64,000 nt of DNA from Eledone cirrhosa (lineage: Eukaryota), in the NCBI GenBank assembly GCA_964016885.1, contig OZ024765.1:1488001-1552000 (forward strand), read 5' to 3'. Below, one piece after another: positions 43,772 to 55,769 of this stretch. Made by a program: the position numbers and the translations under genes. Position 1 is the stretch's first letter, and every line of letters starts with the position of its first letter. Below the pieces are notes generated by a model. It was not told where the DNA came from, made no database searches, and was given only the letters and a program-made list of their open reading frames with translations.

Positions 43772-43773
<2 letters not shown>
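43586..43773 (+). mobile_element. Family A element, fold-back form
   Basis: Near-perfect palindrome around GGCTAATTCTGGAATTAGCC; (TA)n flanks. Confidence 0.75.
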
Positions 43774-43807
<34 letters not shown>

Positions 43808-44450
43808 GAACGGCAAAACATAAATGAACTAAGTGAGAAATTAGGAATAAGAGGGATCAGATGCTGTTTACTCGAGAGAAGACTACGTTGGTGTGGTCAC
43901 GTGATGCGCATGAAAGATGACAGCTGTATAACAAAAGTGCAGGGTGATCAAAACTGATGGAAGTTACGGAGTAGGTAGACCCAGAAATACCTGGGACGAC
44001 TTGATAAATTCCGACCTCACACACTTACACCTCTCCAAGACAATGTCACTGGATCGAGATCTTTGGCGCCATGCAGTAATACAGAAGACCCGCATTCCCT
44101 ACGTGCATAGTTAAACCTAGAGTCAGTAGGCCCCTCCAAACCAAACACACCCCAACCCATAACCCCTACTCCATCCTCCCACTCCCACCATCCTTTCTCT
44201 ATAAAGTTATGTTGGTACCACAACATCCAGTCCAAACTATTGAGATAATGAGATTGAGATCAGGTAGGTGTCACGACAGAAAAAAACAGTGTAATGTGGT
44301 TGGTGTTAGGAAGGGCATCCAGCCGTAGAAAACCTGCCAGACAGTCCTATACGAGCAAGACACGGTCACTTGACCAATCTTGCCTCAAGTGGGACAATTC
44401 CCGTCTAACCCATGCTAGTGTGGAAGATAGACGTTAAATGATGATGATGA
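43808..44450 (+). mobile_element. RTE-clade LINE 3' fragment with 3' UTR
   Basis: ELSEKLGIRGIRCCLLERRLRWCGHVMRMKDD..GRPRNTW. Confidence 0.75.
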
Positions 44451-44544
44451 TGATTGATTATTAATAACAATATTATTTGTCTATAATACTTAGATATCTC
44501 AATATATATGTATATATATATATATACACACACACACATATGTA

Positions 44545-44575
<31 letters not shown>

Positions 44576-45289
44576 GTCCACGCTGTAATGTGGCCGTGTA
44601 GGCAACACGGTAAAAACCTCCCAGCACTCACTGTAAATGTGGTTGGTGTTAGGAAGGGCATCCAGCTGTAGAAATCACGCCAGACAATCCACGCTGTAAT
44701 GTGGCCGTGTAGGCAACACGGTAAAAACCTCCCAGCCGCACACTGTAAATGTGGTTGGTGTTAGGAAGGGCATCCAGCTGTAGAAAACCCGCCAGACAGT
44801 CCACACTGTAATGTGGCCGTGTAGGCAACACGGTAAAAACCTCCCAGCCGCACACTGTAAATGTGGTTGGTGTTAAGAAGGGCATCCAGCCGTAGAAAAG
44901 CCGGCAGACAGTCCTATGCGAGCAAGACAACCACTCTTGCCTCAAGTGGGAAAACTCCCGTCCAAACCCATGCAAGCGTGGAAGATGGACGTTAAACGAT
45001 GATGATGATGATGATGATGATGTGAAGGCATGTGGCTGAGTGGTTAGAGAACTGGATTCACAATCGTGAGGTTGGGTTGTCAGTTCGATTCCTGCACCAG
45101 ATGATGCGTTATGTCCTTCAGCAAGACACTTTATTTCACGTTGCTCCTTCTACCTGGACTTGCGACCGATAGATAGTATTAGTAACTGGAAAGACCAATG
45201 GAAACATTGTTTCCTCGGTCCAATTTGACGAAAGTTGATTGACAAAAAAAAAAATGTATATATATATATATACACATATACATATATGT

Positions 45290-45330
<41 letters not shown>

Positions 45331-45655
45331 CAACACTAACTACATCACCAACAATATCAAAAACACTCACACAACCCCACAACCACCACTACGACCCCAC
45401 GACCCACACAAAGACAAACGAAATCAATGGAATCAATCATTGATGACAACAATTTTAGATTAGTTCAAGTTTTTATCATCTAAATATATTCTGATTTCAT
45501 TGTATTGGTAACTGGAAGATAACACTTTGGACTGGAGTACAATGTATTGTGTTATACTACATTATAGGGTGTCCTAGAAAATACCATTATATATACAGAG
45601 AGTTGTATATATATATATATATATAGGTATATATATGTTGTGTATATATATATAT

Positions 45656-45722
<67 letters not shown>

Positions 45723-45785
45723 TATAGTTGTTTATATATATGTGTATGTGTATAGTTGTATATATATATATACATGCATATATAT

Positions 45786-45854
<69 letters not shown>

Positions 45855-46323
45855 TATAGTTGTGTATATATACATCATCATCATCATCATCATCATCATC
45901 GTTTAACGTCTATCTTCCACGCTAGCATGGGTTAGACATATATATACATATTGTTATAATTGTTTCTATTTTAGGCACAAGGCCAGCAATTACCCAGTAC
46001 ATTACTGGTACTTTATTTTATCGACCCCGTAAGGATGAAAGGCAAAGTTAACCTCGACGGGATTTGAACTCAGATGATAAAGGGACGTAACTCTATGCTT
46101 CAAAGCATGGTGTCCGACTCTCTACCGATACTGCCAATCCACCGCCCTATTATTGTTATGATATTGCCAGAAATAATAACAGAACACACTCAATGTTTGG
46201 TTTGGTTATATATACATATATACATATATATATATATACATATATATATATACATATATACATATATATATATATATACATATATACATATATATATATA
46301 TACATATATACATATATACATAT

Positions 46324-46356
<33 letters not shown>

Positions 46357-46359
46357 TAT

Positions 46360-46402
<43 letters not shown>

Positions 46403-46710
46403 GGAGGTGAGTTTTATTGTAGTACAATAAAGCAATGCAGATATCGGATAAGAAGCACTCTACAGTTTGTAGGACTGGAGTATATATAATATATAAGATC
46501 AAAAGATGGTTAAAAGAGTTCCATGTATACACACACATATATACACACACATACATACATATATATACGGCACCCAGCCGTAGAAAACCTGCCAGATAGT
46601 CCTATACGAGCGAGACACGGTCACCCAACCAATCCTGCCTCAAGTGGCACAACTCCCATCTAACCCATGCTAGCGTGGAAGATGGACGTTAAACGATGAT
46701 GATGATGATG

Positions 46711-46745
<35 letters not shown>

Positions 46746-47547
46746 GACACCCATATATATACATTCTAATAGAAAATAATTAATCTAAGGCTCGAGGCAA
46801 TGAACCTGATACAGAAATAATGAAATAATTAGAGCAAAGAAAAAACAACATAAAATAAAACTTGTTTAAGTTAATGAATTGTGTTGAAGATGAGAAAAGG
46901 ATATGATTGACAAAGATAAGATACAGACAAGGTGAGGTGGACTTTAGTGTAGACGATGGCTTGAAATGTGGCAGGTATGTGATTATATATATATATATAA
47001 TATATATATAATATATATATATATAATATATATATATATACACTGCGTCATGCAGTAATACAGAGTACCCGACCTCCCATGGGTACAAGCTGAAGCATAT
47101 AGACAATATGCCCCCACACCCTCCCACTGCAAGGTGGTCGTGGAGGTGCCACGGCAAAAAAACACCCAGTACACTCTGTAAAGTGGTCATGTAGGTGCCA
47201 CAGCAAAAAAAGCACCCAGCACTCACTGTAAATGAGGTTGGTGTTAGGAAGGGCATCCAGCAGTAGAAATCAAGCCAAATCAGTTCCTGTATGAGTAAGG
47301 CATGGTCAGCCGACCAGACACTGCCCACAGCAGGACAACCCGTCTAACCCATGCTAGCGTGGAAGAACGGACGTAAAACGGTGATGATGATGATGATGAT
47401 AATGACACTATTGGACATGTGCTGTCAAAAGATGACCATGATATATATATATATATCATCAACATCATTTCATTTTACGTCCGCTTTTCCCTGCTTGCAA
47501 GGGTGGGACGGGAACTGATTTTGGCTTGATTTCTACTGATTTTGGCT

Positions 47548-47588
<41 letters not shown>

Positions 47589-47613
47589 TGTAATAAACTA
47601 CATAAGACAATTA

Positions 47614-47686
47614 TTCCATTTACCAAAGGTTTCACGAAGACAGACAAGCTCGACAAAGACGCCTGAAATTGTTCATCAGAATGAAA
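47614..47686 (-). ncRNA. Type I hammerhead ribozyme motif (family C), left arm of palindrome
   Basis: Reverse complement of 47736-47808. Confidence 0.65.
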
Positions 47687-47735
47687 GATTTTTTAATATG
47701 GACGTAAGATATCTTACGTCCATATTAAAAAAATC

Positions 47736-47808
47736 TTTCATTCTGATGAACAATTTCAGGCGTCTTTGTCGAGCTTGTCTGTCTTCGTGAAACCTTTGGT
47801 AAATGGAA
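47736..47808 (+). ncRNA. Type I hammerhead ribozyme motif (family C), right arm of palindrome
   Basis: TTTCATT-CTGATGA-[39 nt]-GAAA-CCTTTGG-TA-AATGGAA; helix II pairing is weak by eye. Confidence 0.65.
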
Positions 47809-47833
47809 TAATTGTCTTATGTAGTTTATTACA

Positions 47834-47879
<46 letters not shown>

Positions 47880-47881
<2 letters not shown>

Positions 47882-48067
47882 AAAAAGTATGACCCCGACG
47901 GCACAGCTCAAGCCATTTCGACGGCTATTTCTGGATGGAAATAGCTGTCGAAACGGGTTGAGCTTTGCCGTTGGGGTCAAACTTTTTCCTATTCCCACTC
48001 TACTACCCTAAGTATTGAGTACTCTGGTGCGTTATGGTCCATCTAGTTCCTTACCACATTTCCTTTG

Positions 48068-48069
<2 letters not shown>
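47880..48069 (+). mobile_element. Family A element, fold-back form
   Basis: Inverted arms around CTATTTCTGGATGGAAATAG; (TA)n flanks. Confidence 0.7.
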
Positions 48070-48127
<58 letters not shown>

Positions 48128-48329
48128 ATAATAATAAATGTGAAGACTAAAATCCAAAGAGGGCTCGATAAGGATAAATATATATCAAATATATAAGAAC
48201 CGTAGAGCAAATATTTATTAAAATAACAGATTAAAGTTTAAGCAAAGAATCATTAAGGGTGAAAGCAGCGATTCTTTGCTTAAACTTTAATCTGTTATTT
48301 TAATATATATATATATGCAGAAGTTATAC

Positions 48330-48362
<33 letters not shown>

Positions 48363-48576
48363 AGTCAGCTTGTGGTGTCAATAATGACAGCAATATTATA
48401 TATACATTATACACTATATATATATATTATATATATATATACACTCTATTTTATACACTATATATTATATGCTATATATAACATATTTTTACAGAATATA
48501 TATCACCTAAATTTTTATGAACTTTAACTTAAATATTTTATCTTCTTTATCAAATCTATTCTAACAATTGTTAGGC

Positions 48577-48907
48577 ATCACCATCACCATCACAATTTTA
48601 TCAACTTAGCCATCACCATCACAATTTTATCAACTTGGCCATCACCATCACATCACAATTTTATCAACTTAGCCATCACCATCACCATCACAATTTTATC
48701 AACTTGGCCATCACCATCACCATCACAATTTTATCAACTTAGCCATCACCATCACCATCACAATTTTATCATTACCTCCTACATTCTCCCCTCTCTATAT
48801 ATCTAACAATCTGGAGTTATTAGCCATCACCATCACCATCACAATTTTAATAACTTAGCCATCACCATCACCATCACAATTTTATTAACTTAGCCATCAC
48901 CATCACA
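48577..48907. repeat. ~33-bp minisatellite
   Basis: GCCATCACCATCACCATCACAATTTTATCAACTT(A/G). Confidence 0.85.
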
Positions 48908-48928
48908 AACAATGCTAACTTATATATA

Positions 48929-49446
48929 CAGGGTAATTGAAAAGCAACTCCCTATTGAATACCGCAAGGTACCTCATCATGCTGCAAAATGAAATCAGCC
49001 CAGTTATCAGTACTTGGGATAATATTGAAGATTTGCTATTGTTGTTCGTGAAAGGCTGAATGCCAACTTCCCTGGGAGCTGGATGGGTTGTTGTGGTCCG
49101 TATGAGTGGCCAGTCAGAAAGCCCTGACTTAACACCCTGCGACTTTTTTCTTTGGAGTTGGTTAAAGGAGCAAGTCTACCCTACCAAACCAATGACTTTG
49201 GAAGAACTTCAAGGGTGAATATGAGAAATTATGTCTTCCACCCACAATAGTTCCTGGTGAAATCAGTTGATGCGGTTCCCGGGTGGCTTGAGAAGCTGGT
49301 GACAAATTCTGGTGTCCATATCGAATTTTAACTAAAGCTCCATGCTACACGCTTTCTTCTCATATTCATTTCTTGTAAAATTTATTAAAAGTTAATAAAT
49401 AAATTATAAACATTTTAAAATAGGGAGGTACTTTTCAATCACCCTG
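48929..49446 (+). mobile_element. Internally deleted Tc1/mariner DNA transposon
   Basis: TIRs CAGGGTAATTGAAAAG / CTTTTCAATCACCCTG flanked by TA; transposase relic LNANFPGSWMG..WP.R-SPDLTPCDFFLWSWLKEQVY.TKP.TLEEL. Confidence 0.85.
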
Positions 49447-50524
49447 TATATCTAACTTCTACCTGAAGCTCAGAGCCTCATAAGGCTAGTGCTTTTTGTC
49501 GTTTCCATCATGTGATGTGACTGACAGTACATCACTTCCCCCTGGACAGGATGCTAGTCCTCCGCAGTGTTAAAGTCTGTCTCAAGATCAGAGATTCACC
49601 AGGCTGGTGCTTATTATTGCTGTATATATCTAGTTTAGAATAGGGACACCATATGGCTGCCTTTTTTATTTTTTTGCTCTACCCCGTGCAAGGCAATAAA
49701 ACCACTAAAATATAAAGGGCTACTGAGAAGGGAGAAGGATAAGTCTGAGAGAATATAATCCCTAGTAAGGCAATAAAGCTACTAAAATATAAAGGGTTAT
49801 TGAGGAAGGGAGAAGGACTAGACAGAGAGAACATAATCCCAAGTAAGGCAATGCTTTGCGGCATAGAGTTATGGTCCTTTACGTTCTGAGTTCAAATCCT
49901 TTCATCCTTACGGGGTCGATAATATAAAGTACCAGTAATGTACTGGTGTCGATTTACTCAACTTTCCCCTACCCCAGAATTGCTATGTGTCATAAACCAT
50001 TATTTTATGAACGAAACACACTTTTATTCACAATTGTATCAATTCTATAAGAATTATAAATAATGTTATTTATTTGTAATGTTGTTGATACAATTGTGAA
50101 TAAAAGTGTGTTTCGTTCATAAAAATATTTTAAAATAAGTTTTATATAAATTTAGAAAATAAATAAACAAACCTTTTAGGTTTGACCATTGCTGGAGATG
50201 ATAGAGGGGAAATAACTCCAGGGGGTGATTAGGTGACACAGAGTTGTCTTTCCTTCTCACTAGCTTAATTATTTTAAGACTATCCAAAGCCCGAAGTCTC
50301 AGCAGGGCGGCTTTTAAACCCCAGTTCTCTTGGCATTAAGGGACTGAGAGTACAAGACTCTCCCTGGACAAGACGCCAGTTCATAGCAGGATTAAAAAAA
50401 GGTGTTTATACGTATTGGCATAGCATAATGTAGAAAATATAGATAATTAAAAATACAGAAATAGTATTGGCACTTCCTTTACTTAACGTGTACAACCAAC
50501 ATCTACATACTGTGTATCACACTC

Positions 50525-50582
<58 letters not shown>

Positions 50583-50624
50583 CAATATATTAATAAATGG
50601 AAACTATATTTATAAAACCATATT

Positions 50625-50690
50625 TATTTTATTATACATATTTCAAGGGCAACCAAGGTAAATTATGGTGCGCTTTCATCAGATAAAATA
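50625..50690 (-). ncRNA. Type I hammerhead ribozyme motif (family B)
   Basis: Minus strand: TATTTTAT-CTGATGA-[AAGCGCACCA..TGGTTGCCCTT]-GAAA-TATGTA-TA-ATAAAATA. Confidence 0.75.
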
Positions 50691-51066
50691 CAGATTTGGT
50701 TTATAAATAAATATTGACATACCCGGAAAAAAAGACAACCTTAATGGTTGGGGTTTCCTGGATAGTGGAGATATTACATTTTGAGGGTGATATAAAGTTA
50801 TGAGTGAGTATGCAAATGAGTGTCCGAAAGGTTGAAAAGATAACGGTTTATTTAAATTAAACCGTTGGAAGAATTTGATAATTTAATATTAATAATTAGT
50901 TTAAATGTGTATGTTAAGGATTATAAATTATTTAAATAAATATATAGTATTTTACATTGGAGAAAATCTAGTATAATTTATTTTATTAAAAGTTGTAAGT
51001 CAAAATTTAAACATCCAAATAATTCTAAATTTATGAAACATTTACAAGAGTTTACAAAGGAATAAC

Positions 51067-51138
<72 letters not shown>

Positions 51139-51301
51139 GAATATGTGCTGCAAACAGGGAAAAGCAGACATAAAATGATGATGATGATATATATATATAT
51201 ATATAAATGTATATATACAAGAGTGTGTGGGAGTGAGGGCTTTATATATGTGTGTGTGTGAGTGTGCTTGTAGTCACATGACCATAGACATTGTTAGCTT
51301 A

Positions 51302-51868
51302 AGTGAACCTTAAAACCAGGAGTGGCACCCCAGAGTGAACCTTAAAAACCAGGAGTGGCACCCCCAGAGTGAACCTTAAAACCAGGAGTGGCACCCCCAG
51401 AGTGAACCTTAAAAACCAGGAGTGGCACCCCCAGAGTGAACCTTAAAAACCAGGAGTGGCACCCCCAGAGTTAACCTTAAAACCAGGAGTGGCACCCCCA
51501 GAGTGAACCTTAAAACCAGGAGTGGCACCCCAGAGTGAACGTTAAAACCAGGAGTGGCACCCCAGAGTGAACCTTAAAAACCAGGAGTGGCACCCCAGAG
51601 TGAACCTTAAAACCAGGAGTGGCACCCCAGAGTGAACCTTAAAAACCAGGAGTGGCACCCCAGAGTGAACCTTAAAACCAGGAGTGGCACCCCAGAGTGA
51701 ACCTTAAAAACCAGGAGTAGCACCCCAGAGTGAACCTTAAAAACCAGGAGTGGCACCCCAGAGTGAACCTTAAAAACCAGGAGTGGCACCCCAGAGTGAA
51801 CCTTAAAACCAGGAGTGGCACCCCAGAGTGAACCTTAAAAACCAGGAGTGGCACCCCAGAGTGAACCT
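51302..51868. repeat. 31-33-bp minisatellite (~17 units)
   Basis: AGAGTGAACCTTAAAA(A)CCAGGAGTGGCACCCC(C). Confidence 0.95.
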
Positions 51869-52097
51869 ATCTCTAGAATTCTTGCTGCCTTTGTTATTCT
51901 AAATATAGTTTTTAAAGAATTCCCTTTTCTTTAAACCCTTCAACCAATGCCCTCCACCCATCCCAATCCCCACCCTCTCCTACCACCAGAAAAGATATAA
52001 ACACCACCATATTACTTGGAGAGTCGGCATCCTAAAGATTTCTCCCGAATGAAACAGTTCTAGTCCTGTAGAAGCCTTTTCTATATTAAATATGTAC

Positions 52098-52131
<34 letters not shown>

Positions 52132-52331
52132 GTATATTTCCTTTTCTGTACAACTTCATTTAGACCGAGGATCTGAATAAGTTGTAACATTTGTTCTCGA
52201 TACGGTGAACTAACTGCTGTGTTACTACTTCTACCAAACTCGTCCCATGGACTGAGTGCTCTACCACTACAGATATAACCCTCCAGTGTTCTACTATTAT
52301 ATATATATATATATAATAATATAATAATATA

Positions 52332-53342
52332 AACCTCCCAGTCCCACACTGTAAACGTGGTTGGTGTTGGGAAGGGCATCCAGCCGTAGAAAACCCGCCA
52401 GACGTGTAGGTTTCACGACAAAAAAACACACAGTCCACGCTGTAATGTGGCCGTGTAGGTAACGCGGTAAAACCTCCCAGTCCACACTGTAAACGTGGTT
52501 GGTGTTAGGAAGGGCATCCAGCCGTAGAAAACCCGCCAGACGTGTAGGTTTCACGACAAAAAAACACACAGTCCACGCTGTAATGTGGCCGTGTAGGTAA
52601 CGCGGTAAAACCTCCCAGTCCACACTGTAAACGTGGTTGGTGTTAGGAAGGGCATCCAGCCGTAGAAAACCCGCCAGACGTGTAGGTTTCACGACAAAAA
52701 AACACACAGTCCACGCTGTAATGTGGCCGTGTAGGTAACGTGGTAAAACCTCCCAGTCCACACTGTAAACGTGGTTGGTGTTAGGAAGGGCATCCAGCCG
52801 TAGAAAACCCGCCAGACGTGTAGGTTTCACGACAAAAAAACACACAGTCCACGCTGTAATGTGGCCGTGTAGGTAACGCGGTAAAACCTCCCAGTCCACA
52901 CTGTAAACGTGGTTGGTGTTAGGAAGGGCATCCAGCCGTAGAAAACCCGCCAGACGTGTAGGTTTCACGACAAAAAAACACACAGTCCACGCTGTAATGT
53001 GGCCGTGTAGGTAACGCGGTAAAACCTCCCAGTCCACACTGTAAACGTGGTTGGTGTTAGGAAGGGCATCCAGCCGTAGAAAACCCGCCAGACGTGTAGG
53101 TTTCACGACAAAAAAACACACAGTCCACGCTGTAATGTGGCCGTGTAGGTAACACGGTAAAAACCTCCCAGTCCACACTGTAAACGTGGTTGGTGTTAGG
53201 AAGGGCATCCAGCCGTAGAAAACCTGCCAGACTGTCCTATACGAGCAAGACAACCAATCTTGCCTCAAGTGGGAAAACTCCCGTCCAAACCCATGCAAGC
53301 GTGGAAGATGGACGTTAAACAATGATGATGATGATGATGATG
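52332..53342 (+). repeat. 138-bp tandem array (~6.5 units) within an RTE-tail-derived element
   Basis: Unit contains GGTTGGTGTTAGGAAGGGCATCCAGCCGTAGAAAA; the last unit runs into the normal tail and (ATG)n. Confidence 0.92.
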
Positions 53343-53566
53343 TATATACACACAAAGAAATTTGAAGTTTGAAAGCTACAACAATGCAGGTTTGAATGGA
53401 GAATAATTAAATCGTAAGAAACAAGGTTTGATATTTTTACCTCAATTTATTCATGTCCTGATATTTCGGGATTAATATCTCTTCTTCCGAGGAAAATAAA
53501 GGAACTATTCCGGTGGCCAGCATGGTATAGCAAGCATCATCGGACACTGGAGTAGTTCCTTTATTT

Positions 53567-53604
53567 TCCTCGGAAGAAGAGATATTAATCTCGAAATATC
53601 AGGA
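53567..53604 (+). ncRNA. Minimal hammerhead-like motif with variant core CGGAAGA (family F); mirror copy at 53456-53493 (-)
   Basis: TCCT-CGGAAGA-A-GAGAT ATTA ATCTC-GAAA-TA-TC-AGGA. Confidence 0.5.
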
Positions 53605-53779
53605 CATGAATAAATTAAGGTAAAAAAACAAACCCTGTTTCTTACGAATCAATTTTTCTCCATCCAAAAACTCGCATTGTTGCGTCTTTCAAACATTGAA
53701 TTCCTTTATACCATATACAATGCTTCAAGTAAATTACAAATTCCTTCATATATATATATATATATTGAACCAACAACTA

Positions 53780-54125
53780 CACATGAAATGATTATGTACA
53801 GTGCTCAGGTGCACTACAACTCATCAAAGGTGCATGTATAGTATAAAGAATAATGTACAAACGTCAGGAAAGTGAACAGTGTATGAGAGTTATGATATAG
53901 ACACACCTGTGTTTGCGTGTGTATGGAGGAGGGATGTCAGGTGTAGTGTTGGCTAATTTTAGGAAGCATGGAGGTTTTAAAGGATGCACTATCTCGACAG
54001 CTAACAACAGATGCAGGTAGTTTGTTCCATGCTTCAGCAACTCTGAGCGTGAAAACATATTTCCAAAAGTCATGGGAGCTGTGCTGTTTTCTGACTTTGT
54101 AGGCATGTCAATGGGTGTTAGACAC
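53780..54125 (-). mobile_element. CR1/L2/Jockey-type LINE 3' end (others ~54830-55230, 60035-60268, 42320-42435)
   Basis: Minus-strand translation ..FTLRVAEAWNKLPASVVSCRDSASFK.. and shared tail GTACAGTGCTCAGGTGCACTACAACTC. Confidence 0.65.
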
Positions 54126-55769
54126 ATAAGATATGGGATTAGAAGCAGAGAAATGTGGCCTGGGTCTCTGAGAACCACTGTAGCAGATCAAATGATACTT
54201 ACCGTAGGATGGCCACTGTTGGAAAGCCTTTTATTGTATCAAAGGTGACCTGTGAATAAACAATACTTAGGTAGATGTCTCTTCATGCTGAGTTGATAAA
54301 TTTCTGTTTTTAAGATCACATAGAATCTGAACAGTTTTGGTGGCTGGATACATAGATGTACCAAGATTGTGGCCCCTGCTAATGGTGCTTAGCTATTCCA
54401 GTGTCCTAGTCTCACTATCACCCAGTCCACACTGTAAATGTGGTTGGCGTTAGGAAGGGCATCCAGCTGTAGAAACCAAACCAGGAATGGTTCTTTATGA
54501 ACAAGATACGGTCATCTGACCTGGCTTGTTTTACAACAGGACATCTCGTCTAGCCCATGCTAGTGGAAAAAATGTACGTTAAATGGTGATGATGATGATG
54601 ATGATAAAAGAGATGGAGTTTTTACCTTTACATGGACATAAACAACAATAACAACAACAAAGCATTTAAACAATTAACAAGTAGATCAATATATGAAAAA
54701 ATATTGATTTTATTATTCAATAGGCTTTGATAGAATTAATTTACCCTTTTGATACCAACACCCACCAGAATCCACCCCTGGTTCTAAGATACAAAACTGT
54801 TTGTTTTGAAGTGTTTATATTTATGAAGTGAAAATTATTGTGTACAGTGCTCAGGTGCACTACAACTCATCAAAGGGGTATGTATAGTACATAGAATAAC
54901 GTACAAATGTCAGGAAAGTGAACAGTGTATGAGTCATGATATACATGTGTGTGTGTATGGAGGGGGAATATCAGGTATAGTGTTGGCAAATTTCGGAAAG
55001 CATGGAGGTTTTGAAGGATGCAGTGTCTCGATAGCTAACAATTGATGCAGGTAGTTTGTTCCATGGAGGTTTTGAAGGATGCAGTGTCTCGATAGCTAAC
55101 AATTGATGCAGGTAGTTTGTTCCATGGAGGTTTTGAAGGATGCAGTGTCTCGACAGCTAACAACTGATGCAGGTAGTTTGTTCCATGCTTCAGCAACTCT
55201 GAGCTTGAAAAAATCTTTCCGAAAGACACTGGAACAGCTAAGCATCTTCACTGATATAATCATTTGACATGTTGGTAAAGCTGAGTGATAGCGAGGCTAA
55301 GACACAGGAATAGCCAAGCACTCTCACCAGGAGAATCACCTGATATGTTGGTAAAGTTGGGTGATAGTGAGGCTAAGACACTGGAATATAGTGGTGGTGG
55401 TGCTGCTGGTAGTGTTGGTGGTGGTTGTGATGGTAGTCTTTATTTCTGTCCTGTGAGATTTAGTTTATACTTCCACCAGGCCCACAAAACCAAACGAGTG
55501 TGACACCCTTACTAAAGGCCCAGAAACATTATATGTGACCGTCTGTTTACTAAGAAGGTTTTTGTTAAGTTATGACTTTGTAAAAGGTAGAGACCCAAAA
55601 CAAACAGATGTGTGGCAGTGTGTTTACTAGGAAGGTTTTTGTTAAGTCTTTGATGAAGGTAGAGACCCAAAACATCACGTGAGGCCATATTTACTAAGGT
55701 TAAGACTTCGACGAAGGCAAAGGTCCCAAAACATCATGTGTGGCCGTGTGTTTACTCAGAAGATTTTTG

